Virus record (IMG/VR): IMGVR_UViG_3300030376_007335
Span: 1 to 64,000 of that record
From: an uncultured virus (IMG/VR IMGVR_UViG_3300030376_007335)
Taxonomy: Duplodnaviria > Heunggongvirae > Uroviricota > Caudoviricetes
Strand: one strand, 5' to 3'
DNA: 64,000 nucleotides
Within the stretch, counting starts at the first letter, position 1; the number at the start of each line of letters is the position of its first letter. Of the stretch, positions 17,229-27,176 are shown piece after piece. Made by a program: the position numbers and the translations under genes. A model generated the notes under the pieces. That model saw nothing but the letters and a program-made list of their open reading frames with translations, ran no database searches and was not told the DNA's origin.

Positions 17229-19511
17229 ATGCCATTCGGAGTTGGCGGGTTTAATTCTTCACCAAATTTTTCAAAAGATTTCGATAAATTTAATAAGTTT
17301 AATGAGCCCTCAAAATGGAAATTTAAGAAGATAAATCCTTATAGGGCTTCAGACGGATCTCAAATACAAAGTGAGGTAAATTTTTATAATCATGATTCTT
17401 TATGGACACGTTGGCGTCGTGGTTATGAAATATATACACTTATTCAAAGTCTTTTAGGCTCTAGTTCTAAAGAACGTCAAACTAGAGGAGATTATCGTCT
17501 TTACTTTACTTTCCAACAATATCCAGGCGTTTTTATACCAGCTCGTATTTTTACTTTTCCTTCTGCTAATCAAGAACTAGGTGAGCATATTGTAGGAATG
17601 AGGGATACTGACGGGTTTAGCTTTTATGATTTTGGTTTACCTATATTATCTGTACGTTATTTAGGCGATGTAGTTAATACAACTTATAGCCAGAATAGTA
17701 CAACAATAACGGTAAGTAAGGATGATCATGGTTTGTATCCAGGAGATGATGTTTATTTAGACTTCTCTACTGGTAGTGCAGTAGATGAGACATTAACTAT
17801 TGTTAGTAAAACTCAGAATACGTTTACTCTTACTGCGTCTGCACCAGTTACAACTAGTGGTAATGTTTCTTACTACGTGTCCACTCCGTTTAGTGATACT
17901 AGATGGACGTCAACTCGTGTAAAAGTACGTTACTTACCTACAGAAGCTTCTTTCTTTTCAGGAGAAAGATTAGCTGACCGAATTGTTGAAAAAGATCCAG
18001 GTATATCATCAACTTATTCTCGCAGTGGTTCAACAGTTACCGTGACCTGTTCTTCTGCACATGGTTTATCAACTGGTAATACTGTATTTTTAGATGTATC
18101 GACAGGTGATGTTAATTCTGGTAGATATACCATTGACGTAACTGGTGGTACTCAATTCACATTCACTACTATTACGAGTGGAAGTACTTCTGGCAATTTA
18201 ACTCTTAATAGACTTCTTAAGGGTTATAGATATGACGATTATGTAGGTTTTACTGTTACTGGGGTTGATGCTACTACTAATGAGATAGTTTTCCAAAGGA
18301 ATGATAGTTATGGAGCTAAGACAACAGATGAGTTAGCAAAAACTATGGTTCCTGCTCATCGTGGTTTTGCTGTTGGTAGATATTTAACTACTGAGTTACG
18401 TTGGCAATGTTCTTGTCAAGATTTTTCTCGGAGAGATAGTTACAATTTATATAGTCAATTAACTAAGGAAAGATTTCCTGTTACTTCAATTAGGGATACA
18501 AAACCAGGTGGTGTATTACAACCAGATGGAACTGTAAGTACTGAGAGAGATATACCAGGTACATTTAGAGATTTAGGCTATGTAACTATCAATAACTTTT
18601 ATAAGCTTCCTGAGTATGAAGATACAAAAGGAAAATCTTTTCAAGATTTAATGTATTACCAATTACGTTGGTGTAAGCATATTTATGCCGCAATGTTTTC
18701 ACTGCTTCATGATGAAGGTAATGAACCATTAAAATTAGCTGCTAAATATACTCAGGATGGCGTAAATATAGAAATTGAGTTTCAAAATCATGGTTTAGAG
18801 GCAAATAGAAGAGTTCAATTAATTTTTACTAGCGGAAATGCAGTTTCTGGTGAATATACAATCACTTCGGTACCTACACCAGACACTTTTTTGGTTATTT
18901 ATCCATTTTCTAACGTAACTAGTGGTTATTGCACTGTAGATAACTTAAAAAGACACGAATATGTTGATGCTTGGTTAAGAGAACCTAATGATAAACCAAT
19001 TGGAAGGGGTTTAGAGGTTTTTGAAGAGAGATTTGCTAAAGAAAAGCAAAAATTAAGAGAAGCAGCTGAAACTTTTGCATTATTTAATATGCATACTAAA
19101 TGGCAAGGTAATAAAGAAGTTACAGGTTCATTTAATTTACCTGAAGAGATAGCAGATTTTGATCCTTCAGCTATAGGAATGACATTGACAGATAATATAA
19201 AAAGAAGTGCAACTGGTGAGCTTGATAGAGAAGGTAAAGCTGTTAATACTACTAATAGGATGATTTCTTTAATTAATAAGTTGTTTAATAAATCTCCTAC
19301 TGTTCTTAATGACATTAAGTTTGGACTTATTAATCAACCTTTGAGTGAATATGTAGAAAATTTTGAAGCAGGGTTAGTTAAGGGAGGTGAATATAACAAT
19401 GGTGAATTAGTTGAGTCTTCTTCTTCAGTAAGTACGATAGATGGCAGTACATACAGTCCAGATACTGATCAAGATACAGTAGTAGATGCAGATTTATACA
19501 TTAACGTTTAA
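17229..19511 (+). CDS. Large virion protein with beta-barrel repeats and split SWIM-type Zn finger
   Basis: Three TY...HGL.xGxxVxLxF/V repeats; WQCSCQDF...WCKHIYA. Confidence 0.65.
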   Translation: MPFGVGGFNSSPNFSKDFDKFNKFNEPSKWKFKKINPYRASDGSQIQSEVNFYNHDSLWTRWRRGYEIYTLIQSLLGSSSKERQTRGDYRLYFTFQQYPGVFIPARIFTFPSANQELGEHIVGMRDTDGFSFYDFGLPILSVRYLGDVVNTTYSQNSTTITVSKDDHGLYPGDDVYLDFSTGSAVDETLTIVSKTQNTFTLTASAPVTTSGNVSYYVSTPFSDTRWTSTRVKVRYLPTEASFFSGERLADRIVEKDPGISSTYSRSGSTVTVTCSSAHGLSTGNTVFLDVSTGDVNSGRYTIDVTGGTQFTFTTITSGSTSGNLTLNRLLKGYRYDDYVGFTVTGVDATTNEIVFQRNDSYGAKTTDELAKTMVPAHRGFAVGRYLTTELRWQCSCQDFSRRDSYNLYSQLTKERFPVTSIRDTKPGGVLQPDGTVSTERDIPGTFRDLGYVTINNFYKLPEYEDTKGKSFQDLMYYQLRWCKHIYAAMFSLLHDEGNEPLKLAAKYTQDGVNIEIEFQNHGLEANRRVQLIFTSGNAVSGEYTITSVPTPDTFLVIYPFSNVTSGYCTVDNLKRHEYVDAWLREPNDKPIGRGLEVFEERFAKEKQKLREAAETFALFNMHTKWQGNKEVTGSFNLPEEIADFDPSAIGMTLTDNIKRSATGELDREGKAVNTTNRMISLINKLFNKSPTVLNDIKFGLINQPLSEYVENFEAGLVKGGEYNNGELVESSSSVSTIDGSTYSPDTDQDTVVDADLYINV

Positions 19512-19513
19512 TC

Positions 19514-19957
19514 ATGGCTGTACAGATACTTTCTCGTCGCTCCAGTACTCTTAGAGATCGACCTTTTCCTATTCGTTTAGGTGCTGGTGAGTTAGCAATA
19601 AACAATAATAGTGGTGATCCAGGGTTATATTTTGCTGATAATACAGCTTCTCCTTCCACTAAATTAATAAAAGTTGGTCCTACTCACGTAGATACCACTG
19701 CTCCTAATACTTCGGCTGTTGGATTTACCTCTTTAAGCAAAGGTGAATCTTGGTTAGATACTGCAAGTACTCATGTATTGAAAATTTATGACGGAAGTTC
19801 TTGGCAATTAGTAAAAGCTGTAGCTTCAGTAGCAGCTGGTCAGCCAGCAAACCCTGTAGATGGTCAATTACATTACGATACGTCTGCTAGTAAGTTAAAA
19901 ATATATCTTGCTGCTAGTACTTCTTGGGTGAATATAGGACNNNNNNNNNNNNTTTAA
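19514..19957 (+). CDS. Tail/fibre-associated protein (3' end in N gap)
   Basis: ILSRRSS...LGAGELAIN and GQLHYDT motifs typical of fibre modules. Confidence 0.55.
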   Translation: MAVQILSRRSSTLRDRPFPIRLGAGELAINNNSGDPGLYFADNTASPSTKLIKVGPTHVDTTAPNTSAVGFTSLSKGESWLDTASTHVLKIYDGSSWQLVKAVASVAAGQPANPVDGQLHYDTSASKLKIYLAASTSWVNIGXXXXX

Positions 19958-20122
19958 TACATAATTTCTTACAACGTGAGTCTTTAAATCATTCATTTCA
20001 CGTTCAACGCTTTCAAATCTTCTATCTAACTTCTTATTAAAGTTATTTAATGCACGAGTTATTCCTGCAAAAGCTCCTACGCTTCCTGATATAACAGCGG
20101 CAATCAGCTCAGGCGTCCACAT
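19953..20122 (-). CDS. Small membrane-anchored coiled-coil protein (interrupted by N gap)
   Basis: PELIAAVISGSVGAFAGI then coiled coil. Confidence 0.45.
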
Positions 20123-20188
20123 ATTACCTCCTTTTCTCTATTCTAAAGGATTTTACAATTTAAAATATAAAATAGTAGGTTAATTTAA

Positions 20189-20719
20189 ATGGCAACTGGA
20201 TACGAACCAAATGTAGAAGGAGCAATAACTGTTCTTGTTGACTTAATGACGGCAAATAGTTTTACTATGACTCGTCAACCATACGAGCCTAATATGAGAG
20301 GTTTGGTAGATGCAATTATAGATGTGAAAGATGGTTTTCCTACTTTTGCTCCTTTGCAGATAGGTTTCGATGCTGAAACTTTTGAAGCTGTCAGTGATAA
20401 AGATTGGTTATATATAAGAACTTCAGATGGAAAAGTCGGTAAAGCTACTGCAGCAAGTGGAAGTTCAGAAGCCTGTCAGGTAATTGGTCTCGCTAATTCC
20501 ACTGAGATTTCAGGTGCCACAGTGAAAGTAGTTGTAGTTGGAGTTAAAGATATGACTGGTTTAGATGCTGGCGATTTATATTATTTATCTCCTACAACCG
20601 CAGGAGCAATGACAACGACTGCTCCAAGCGGTTCTGGGCAAGCAGTAGTACGTCTAGGAGAATCCTCGACTACTACTAAATTTGCTATCCAAATAGAACC
20701 TCCTATCCTTTTAGTCTGA
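20189..20719 (+). CDS. Virion protein, paralog of 20719-21183
   Basis: Shared QPYxPNxxGxVxA, DGKxGKA, YYLS and IEPPILL motifs. Confidence 0.65.
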   Translation: MATGYEPNVEGAITVLVDLMTANSFTMTRQPYEPNMRGLVDAIIDVKDGFPTFAPLQIGFDAETFEAVSDKDWLYIRTSDGKVGKATAASGSSEACQVIGLANSTEISGATVKVVVVGVKDMTGLDAGDLYYLSPTTAGAMTTTAPSGSGQAVVRLGESSTTTKFAIQIEPPILLV

Positions 20720-21183
20720 TGTCAGGTGTTACTGTTAATCAACCTTATCCACCCAATTGGGAAGGTTTTGTAGGTGCGTTGCAGGATTTTCAATCCACAA
20801 TGCCTACACCAATTGTTTATAAGATTGTTGGATTTGATGCCATAGCTCTTGAAGATGTTACTCAAGGGGACGCTTTGTATGCCAGAGCAAGCGATGGAAA
20901 ACTAGGTAAAGCTATTGCAAATGACACTGCTGATAAAGCTACTGTTGCTGGACTTGCTGAGACTACTAAATCTGCAGGTCAAGTAGTTAGAGCAATTGTT
21001 AGGGGAGTTACTGCAACTTCTGGATTAAATCCTGGAAATTTTTATTATTTATCAAGTTCAAGTGCGGGTGCGGTAACAGATACAGCTCCAACAACTGCTG
21101 GTCAATATCAAACAGTAATAGGAGAGGCAGGTACTGCCGCACAATTAGTTGTAAAAATTGAGCCACCAATTTTATTAACTTAA
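20719..21183 (+). CDS. Virion protein, paralog of 20189-20719
   Basis: Same motifs; TGATG coupling. Confidence 0.65.
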   Translation: MSGVTVNQPYPPNWEGFVGALQDFQSTMPTPIVYKIVGFDAIALEDVTQGDALYARASDGKLGKAIANDTADKATVAGLAETTKSAGQVVRAIVRGVTATSGLNPGNFYYLSSSSAGAVTDTAPTTAGQYQTVIGEAGTAAQLVVKIEPPILLT

Positions 21184-21261
21184 TTCCTAATTAAGTCGTC
21201 GTAAGATAGTAACAATAGTAGTTCACTATTTATAAAGAACTCTGGCAACGTTGGTTAGAAC

Positions 21262-22686
21262 ATGGCGGTAAGAAATCCACTAATACTTGTTTCTGGTTTA
21301 TTTCAGGAGTTGAATACTTCTTCTGATAAATTAAATTTTGCTGGAAATAGTACTAGTGATTTAGGAGAAGGTACTAATCTTTATTACACGAACGCTCGTT
21401 CCCGAGGCTCTGTCTCAGTTACAGATAGTGGAGGAGATGGGAGTCTTGCTTATAACAGTTCTACAGGTGTAATTACATATACAGGTCCATCAGCGTCAGA
21501 TGTTAGATCACATATTAGTGTTGCATCAGGTTCTGGTTTAACATATTCCTCTGGAGAAATAGGAACAAGTGCAATTCCTAATTCTCAATTAGCAAATGAT
21601 GATGTAACAATTGGAAGTACAAGTGTTGCTCTAGGAGCAACAGTTACAAATTTTGCAGGCTTAGGACAGCTTGTGATGAATGACCTTCATGTAGGAGCTA
21701 TTTCTGCTGCAAATAGTATAAATATACAAGCTGGACAGATAATTTTTGAAGGTTCTACAGCTAATGATTTTGAGACAGTTGTTTCTGTTGCTGATCCGAC
21801 TGCAGATAGAGGCATAGTCTTCCCCGATGCAGGTGGAACTGTTGCACTGACAAGCGATATTTCTTATCCAGTAACTTTATCTAATTCAGTTACTCTTACT
21901 AATAAAACACTTGCTTTAGGAAGCAATACAATATCAGGAACTACAGCTCAATTTAATACAGCATTAACAGACGGAAGTTTTGTAACTTTAGCTGGTACAG
22001 AAACACTTACAAATAAAACTTTAACTTCACCAGCAATTAACTCAGGAGTATTAGACGCTCCAGTATTAAAAGCTACTTCTGCCACAGTTGCAGGTAAGAT
22101 TTTATTTAAAGAAGGAACAGATAACGGAACAAATACAGTAACTTTACTTGGTGCTCCTGCCACTGCAGACGTAACACTTACTCTTCCAGCTGAAACAGGA
22201 ACTGTTCTTTCAACTGCTACTTCTATTGCAAACAGTAATCTTGCAAACAGTTCAGTAACAATAGGATCCACGGCTGTTGCTCTTGGTGCAACTGCTGCAT
22301 CTATTGCAGGAGTTACTTCTATAACTTCAGCAGCAGTTGTAACTGACGATGATGGATTTAGAGTTCGAGATAATTCAGATGCAACTAAACAATTAGCTTT
22401 TGAGTGTTCAGGAATTACTGGAAGTACAACACGTACTATGACAATTCCAGATGCCGATGGAACAATAGCAACACAGGCTTATGTTAATTCTCAAATATCA
22501 GCAGAAGATTTAGATATTACAGGTGACTCAGGAACAATTGCAATTGATTTAAATTCAGAAGTTTTAAATATTGAAGGAGGAACGAATATAACAACAGCTG
22601 CGACAGGTAGTAAGGTTACAATTAATATGCCAACTGCGTTTGCAACAGAAAGCTTTGCGACAGCAATAGCAGTTGCATTAGGATAA
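21262..22686 (+). CDS. Tail fibre shaft protein
   Basis: TLTNKTL repeats, EGTNLYYTNAR, NSSVTIGST, C-terminal ATAIAVALG. Confidence 0.75.
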   Translation: MAVRNPLILVSGLFQELNTSSDKLNFAGNSTSDLGEGTNLYYTNARSRGSVSVTDSGGDGSLAYNSSTGVITYTGPSASDVRSHISVASGSGLTYSSGEIGTSAIPNSQLANDDVTIGSTSVALGATVTNFAGLGQLVMNDLHVGAISAANSINIQAGQIIFEGSTANDFETVVSVADPTADRGIVFPDAGGTVALTSDISYPVTLSNSVTLTNKTLALGSNTISGTTAQFNTALTDGSFVTLAGTETLTNKTLTSPAINSGVLDAPVLKATSATVAGKILFKEGTDNGTNTVTLLGAPATADVTLTLPAETGTVLSTATSIANSNLANSSVTIGSTAVALGATAASIAGVTSITSAAVVTDDDGFRVRDNSDATKQLAFECSGITGSTTRTMTIPDADGTIATQAYVNSQISAEDLDITGDSGTIAIDLNSEVLNIEGGTNITTAATGSKVTINMPTAFATESFATAIAVALG

Positions 22687-22690
22687 ATTT

Positions 22691-23092
22691 ATGGCAACCC
22701 AAGTACAATTCAGAAGAGGTACAACATCTGACCATACTGGCTTTAAAGGCGCTGTAGGAGAGGTCACTGTTGATACTACAAAACACACTGTTGTTATTCA
22801 CGATGCTGTCACAGCTGGCGGATATCCAATACTGAGGCAAGATGGATCTAATTGTTTATTTGCTTCAGGTAACGTTAGTCAGTGCGCGTTTAAGTTTGCT
22901 GGAGATGAGGATACAGGTATTATTAGGCCAACAAGTGACAATATTGCTTTAGTTACGGGGGGATCAACAAGGCTTACAATAGATGGAAGTGGAGCTGCTA
23001 CGTTTACTGGAAATGTTACCGTTAATGGTACATTAACCGCAACTAGAACTAGTTTCTCCGATCAAATCGCATTGATACTCGCATTAAGCTGA
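22691..23092 (+). CDS. Fibre-associated protein (Mtd-N-like)
   Basis: MATQVQFRRGTT...GAVGEVTVDT...HDAVTAGG. Confidence 0.7.
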   Translation: MATQVQFRRGTTSDHTGFKGAVGEVTVDTTKHTVVIHDAVTAGGYPILRQDGSNCLFASGNVSQCAFKFAGDEDTGIIRPTSDNIALVTGGSTRLTIDGSGAATFTGNVTVNGTLTATRTSFSDQIALILALS

Positions 23093-23093
23093 T

Positions 23094-23432
23094 ATGGCAA
23101 ATACCTTCAAAGTCGATACTAAAGCAAGTGTTACAACTCAAGTCATAACGCATGCTGACGCAGTAATTGTTACAGCAGGTGGTTCTGCAACATGTGTGCT
23201 TCTTAGTGTTTTACTAGCAAATAAAACGGGAACAAGTGCAGATGTAGATGTTTATTTAGAGACGACAGGAGATGATGTTTATTTAATAAGAAATGCTCCA
23301 GTACCTGCCGGATCTGCTTTGGAATGTATTAGTGGATCAAAAGTTATAATGGAATCGAGTGATAAATTACGAGTCAGATGTGCTACTGCTTCAGCTATTG
23401 ATGTTTCAGTAAGCTACTTAGAACAGACTTAA
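23094..23432 (+). CDS. Small tail protein
   Basis: MANTFK...SYLEQT type seen in cyanophage fibre clusters. Confidence 0.6.
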   Translation: MANTFKVDTKASVTTQVITHADAVIVTAGGSATCVLLSVLLANKTGTSADVDVYLETTGDDVYLIRNAPVPAGSALECISGSKVIMESSDKLRVRCATASAIDVSVSYLEQT

Positions 23433-23446
23433 GGAGGTTATTAACT

Positions 23447-24517
23447 ATGGCTCTTAATGTTGTTAGCTCAGACAGACTAAGCACTAACGTAAAGATTTCA
23501 AACTTAGCTACAGGTCTTTCAGATAAAGTTGGTCAAAGTAAAAATATAATAATTAATGGTGCAATGAATGTTGCTCAAAGAGGGACTTCAACAACCACTA
23601 CCAATACTATGTGTGTTGATAGATATAAATGCTTTTTTGCTGGTACAGATGAAAATCAAACATTTGCACAAGTAGCTTTAACTTCTAGTGACACTGGCCC
23701 TTGGGCTAAAGGTTTTAGAAATGCTCTTCAAATTACTAATGGTAATCAAACAGGTGGAGCTGCTGGTGCAGATGAAACTGTTCTTTATCACCAAATAGAA
23801 GCTCAAGATTTGGCTAATTCTGGTTGGGATTACACTTCAGCCAGTAGTTATGCAACGCTTTCTTTTTGGGTTAAATCTAGTGTAGCTCAAACTTTCTATG
23901 GTTATATAGCAACTTCAGATGGTACATCTCAGATGTATCTTTTTTCTACAGGAGCTTTATCAGTAAACACCTGGAAAAAAGTAACCGTCAAAATCCCAGG
24001 TAATACCAATGTTCAATTTGATAACAATAATGGAGTTGGACTAGGCATTAGTTTTGGTCCATATTATGGAACAGATTACACAACTTCAGGAGCCACTTTA
24101 GGAACATGGACGGCTTGGAATGGAGCTGCAAGAAATCCAGACAATACAACTACTTGGTTTACAACAAATGATTCTACTTATGCAATTACAGGGGTTCAGT
24201 TAGAAGCAGGTGATACAGCTACAGAGTTTGAACATAGATCGTATCGTGATGACTTAGCTAGGTGTCAGAGGTATTGCTATATACCTGTATATGCTAGTGA
24301 AAAAGGACCATACGCTTTTAAATATCATACATCTTATAAAGCAGCACAAGAATTTTTCCCCGTTACTATGAGAGCTATACCAACTTGTACTATGACTTAT
24401 AGTGCTGGATCATGGACTACATACTACCCAGGTACGAATCATTTTAAAGCTTATGTAGAAGCGGCTGATGGTGACATAAGACGTATAGCAAGTGCTAAAT
24501 TTGAGGCGGAGCTTTGA
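23447..24517 (+). CDS. Tail fibre/receptor-binding protein, paralog 1
   Basis: NIIINGAMNVAQRG...ITGVQLEAG..ATEFEHRS...LARCQRY; SD AAGGAGG. Confidence 0.75.
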   Translation: MALNVVSSDRLSTNVKISNLATGLSDKVGQSKNIIINGAMNVAQRGTSTTTTNTMCVDRYKCFFAGTDENQTFAQVALTSSDTGPWAKGFRNALQITNGNQTGGAAGADETVLYHQIEAQDLANSGWDYTSASSYATLSFWVKSSVAQTFYGYIATSDGTSQMYLFSTGALSVNTWKKVTVKIPGNTNVQFDNNNGVGLGISFGPYYGTDYTTSGATLGTWTAWNGAARNPDNTTTWFTTNDSTYAITGVQLEAGDTATEFEHRSYRDDLARCQRYCYIPVYASEKGPYAFKYHTSYKAAQEFFPVTMRAIPTCTMTYSAGSWTTYYPGTNHFKAYVEAADGDIRRIASAKFEAEL

Positions 24518-24903
24518 CTATGACTTATAAATTACTTGGAAACCATACTGAACCATCGATGATAGGACAGCCTATAGAATTTATTCTAAGAAAAGAAGAC
24601 GGTGCTTGGATTCCTAAAGATACAAACAACACAGACTACCAAGAGTACCTAGAATGGGTAGCAGCAGGTAACACAGCAGATGCAGCAGATTCAGGACCTA
24701 CTGATTGGGATTTAGTTAGAGAAAAAAGAGATCGTTTACTAAGAGATTCAGATTGGGCAATGACTACAGGTGCAACTATCGATCAAGCACAGTGGTCTGC
24801 TTATCGTGAAAAACTTAGAGATATTCCTCAAACTTATAAAGATAAAGAAACTTCAGAAATTGTCTGGCCTACCATACCTTCGAGCAAAGGACCAAATAGT
24901 TAA
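24514..24903 (+). CDS. Tail fibre assembly chaperone-like protein
   Basis: NTDYQEYLEWVAAGNT; RDRLLRDSDW...YREKLRDIPQ...WP. Confidence 0.7.
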   Translation: MTMTYKLLGNHTEPSMIGQPIEFILRKEDGAWIPKDTNNTDYQEYLEWVAAGNTADAADSGPTDWDLVREKRDRLLRDSDWAMTTGATIDQAQWSAYREKLRDIPQTYKDKETSEIVWPTIPSSKGPNS

Positions 24904-24967
24904 TTAGTTTCAAAGGTTGTTGACTGTAAAATATAAATAGCAAAATAGCTAATTTACGTGGATTGTT

Positions 24968-25669
24968 ATGCCATATATAGGTAATAATTTACAAGTTGCA
25001 TTTGAAAGCTATAAAGCGATTGATGATATAAGCAGTAGCTTCAATGGCACAACAACAGCTTTTAATCTTCATGTAAGCGGAGTAACTCCTAGTCCTTTTC
25101 CAAAAGTACCTCAGAATTGTTTAATTTCAGTCGGTGGTGTTCTACAAGAACCAGATGATACAGGTACTACAGGTTTTAAATTTAATGCAAGTAATCAAAT
25201 ACTTTTTAGTTCTGCTCCAGCAGCAGGAGAATCATTTTTTGGTGTAATTCTTGCAGGTGCAGATTATGTAAACGTAGGTGCTCATTTCCCTGTAGGTACA
25301 TTAGGCGCACCAAGTATTACCTTTGACGGGGATGAAGATACAGGAATCTATAGACCAGCAGCTAATACAGTAGCTATTGTTTCTGGTGGAACTAAAGTTG
25401 CACAATTCCCTACAACTGGAGGAACGTCAGGTTATGTTTTAATCTCAGATGGAGGAGGAACTTTAAGTTGGGCAGAACAATCAGGAGGAGGAGCAACTGG
25501 TGGTGGTTCAGATAAAATATTTATTGAAAATGGTCAGACAGTAACAACTAATTATGAAATAGGAACTGAATTAGGAGCTGTATGTAACGCTGGTAGCTTT
25601 GGACCGATTACAATTAATGCTGGAGTCACAGTTACGATTCCATCTGGCGAAAACTGGACAATCGTTTAA
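24968..25669 (+). CDS. Tail fibre-associated protein
   Basis: MPYIGN..IDDISSSFNG, ISVGGVLQEP, GGATGGGSDKIFIEN. Confidence 0.7.
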   Translation: MPYIGNNLQVAFESYKAIDDISSSFNGTTTAFNLHVSGVTPSPFPKVPQNCLISVGGVLQEPDDTGTTGFKFNASNQILFSSAPAAGESFFGVILAGADYVNVGAHFPVGTLGAPSITFDGDEDTGIYRPAANTVAIVSGGTKVAQFPTTGGTSGYVLISDGGGTLSWAEQSGGGATGGGSDKIFIENGQTVTTNYEIGTELGAVCNAGSFGPITINAGVTVTIPSGENWTIV

Positions 25670-25672
25670 ATT

Positions 25673-26254
25673 ATGGCAATAACTATTAACGGGTCAGGAA
25701 CATTAACTGGATTATCTGCAGGAGGTATCAGTGATACAAAAGCTGTAGCAAATGGAGCTTTGCCAGCAGGGTCTATTGTTCAAACGCAGTCTATTGTTTA
25801 TACAGCTGTTACAGAAACATATAATACAAGAGGTTTTAATGCTACTCCCATTACTAAACAAATAACACCAGCATCAGCGTCTAATAAGATTTTAGTTATG
25901 GCTACGCTGACAGCAGGAAACCATTCTTTAGGAGAAGGTGCAGCTTTTAAAGTAATGAGAAGTATTGGAGGAGCTTCTTATGCAGATACTACTGCAGTTG
26001 GTGGAGATGCAGGTGGTGGTTCAGCTCAAGGCGCAGTAGGTGGTTTATATGATGAAAACTTAACAACACATACAGATTGTAGGTCAATTCAATTTATAGA
26101 TACTCCTAATACGACATCAGCAGTAGATTATAAAATTTATGTCTACCTTTGGGATACATCTAAACCTGTTCTTATTAACAGACCTAATACCGCAAGTTCA
26201 GGTGAGCATCTTACAGGTGCTTCATCACTTGTTCTTATGGAGTTAGCAGTATGA
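25673..26254 (+). CDS. Tail fibre tip-like protein
   Basis: GSIVQTQ, ITPASASNKILV, DTPNTTSAVDYK, SSLVLMELA. Confidence 0.65.
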   Translation: MAITINGSGTLTGLSAGGISDTKAVANGALPAGSIVQTQSIVYTAVTETYNTRGFNATPITKQITPASASNKILVMATLTAGNHSLGEGAAFKVMRSIGGASYADTTAVGGDAGGGSAQGAVGGLYDENLTTHTDCRSIQFIDTPNTTSAVDYKIYVYLWDTSKPVLINRPNTASSGEHLTGASSLVLMELAV

Positions 26255-26928
26255 GTAAATTAAAACTGCCACACGCATCAGGAAATAGCATGAGCATCGC
26301 AGCTCCTGCAACGAATCCTGCATCTGATTTAGAACTTAAATTACCTGCAACTGTAGGTACTGCTAATCAAGTATTAGCTAATGGTTCAACGCCTGGCACA
26401 CTTGAGTTTGCTAATGCAGGTAATGCGAAAATAACACGAGTAGGTCAAGGTACTTTGGCTGGTGCAGATTCTTATACCTATACAGGTATGCCAGCTGGAA
26501 TTGTTCAGTTTAGTTATCAGTGGTATAACTCTTCGCCAGGTGCTGTTACTTCCACTTTATTCCGTCTGGGTTCTGGTGGTAGTACGACTAGTTCTGGATA
26601 TTATGTTGCACAGGCAGAAGTTGGAGACGGAAGTTCTGCAGTTACAAGAAGTCCTAGAACAGGGGAAATTCCAATAGCAACAGATTCATGGGAAGGAGAA
26701 CCAGGTAGAAGTCAAGGTCGAATTGACTGCACACTAGCTCATGGCGATATATGGACATGGAAAATGCAAAATTATTATTATGCAACTGCTTCTAGCCATT
26801 ATGTAAACATGTTCAATACAGGGTATGTAGACATTGGTGGTGCTGTTGAAAGAGCAGTTGTATTTTCAGCTGATGGCAGCAACTTTGATTATGGCAATGT
26901 TTACCTTACCTACACACAAATAGTTTAA
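26251..26928 (+). CDS. Tail fibre protein
   Basis: MSKLKLPHASGNSMSIAAP...LKLPATVG N-terminal module. Confidence 0.65.
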   Translation: MSKLKLPHASGNSMSIAAPATNPASDLELKLPATVGTANQVLANGSTPGTLEFANAGNAKITRVGQGTLAGADSYTYTGMPAGIVQFSYQWYNSSPGAVTSTLFRLGSGGSTTSSGYYVAQAEVGDGSSAVTRSPRTGEIPIATDSWEGEPGRSQGRIDCTLAHGDIWTWKMQNYYYATASSHYVNMFNTGYVDIGGAVERAVVFSADGSNFDYGNVYLTYTQIV

Positions 26929-26930
26929 TC

Positions 26931-27176
26931 ATGGCAATAGAACATAACGTACAAACAAATGAGATTAAAACAGTTGAAACTGGTGAGACTGCTACAGCAA
27001 CACCAGCTATTGATATTTTAAGATCTACTAGAGATAGACTGCTACGAGAAACAGATTATTATGCTTTGTCAGATGTAAATATGTCTGAAGATATGAAGAC
27101 ATATAGACAGGCTCTTAGAGATTTACCTGCCAATACATCAGATCCTAGTAAGCCTACTTACCCGACAAAACCATGA
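26931..27176 (+). CDS. Tail fibre assembly chaperone-like protein
   Basis: RDRLLRETDYYALSD...YRQALRDLP...PTKP. Confidence 0.7.
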   Translation: MAIEHNVQTNEIKTVETGETATATPAIDILRSTRDRLLRETDYYALSDVNMSEDMKTYRQALRDLPANTSDPSKPTYPTKP

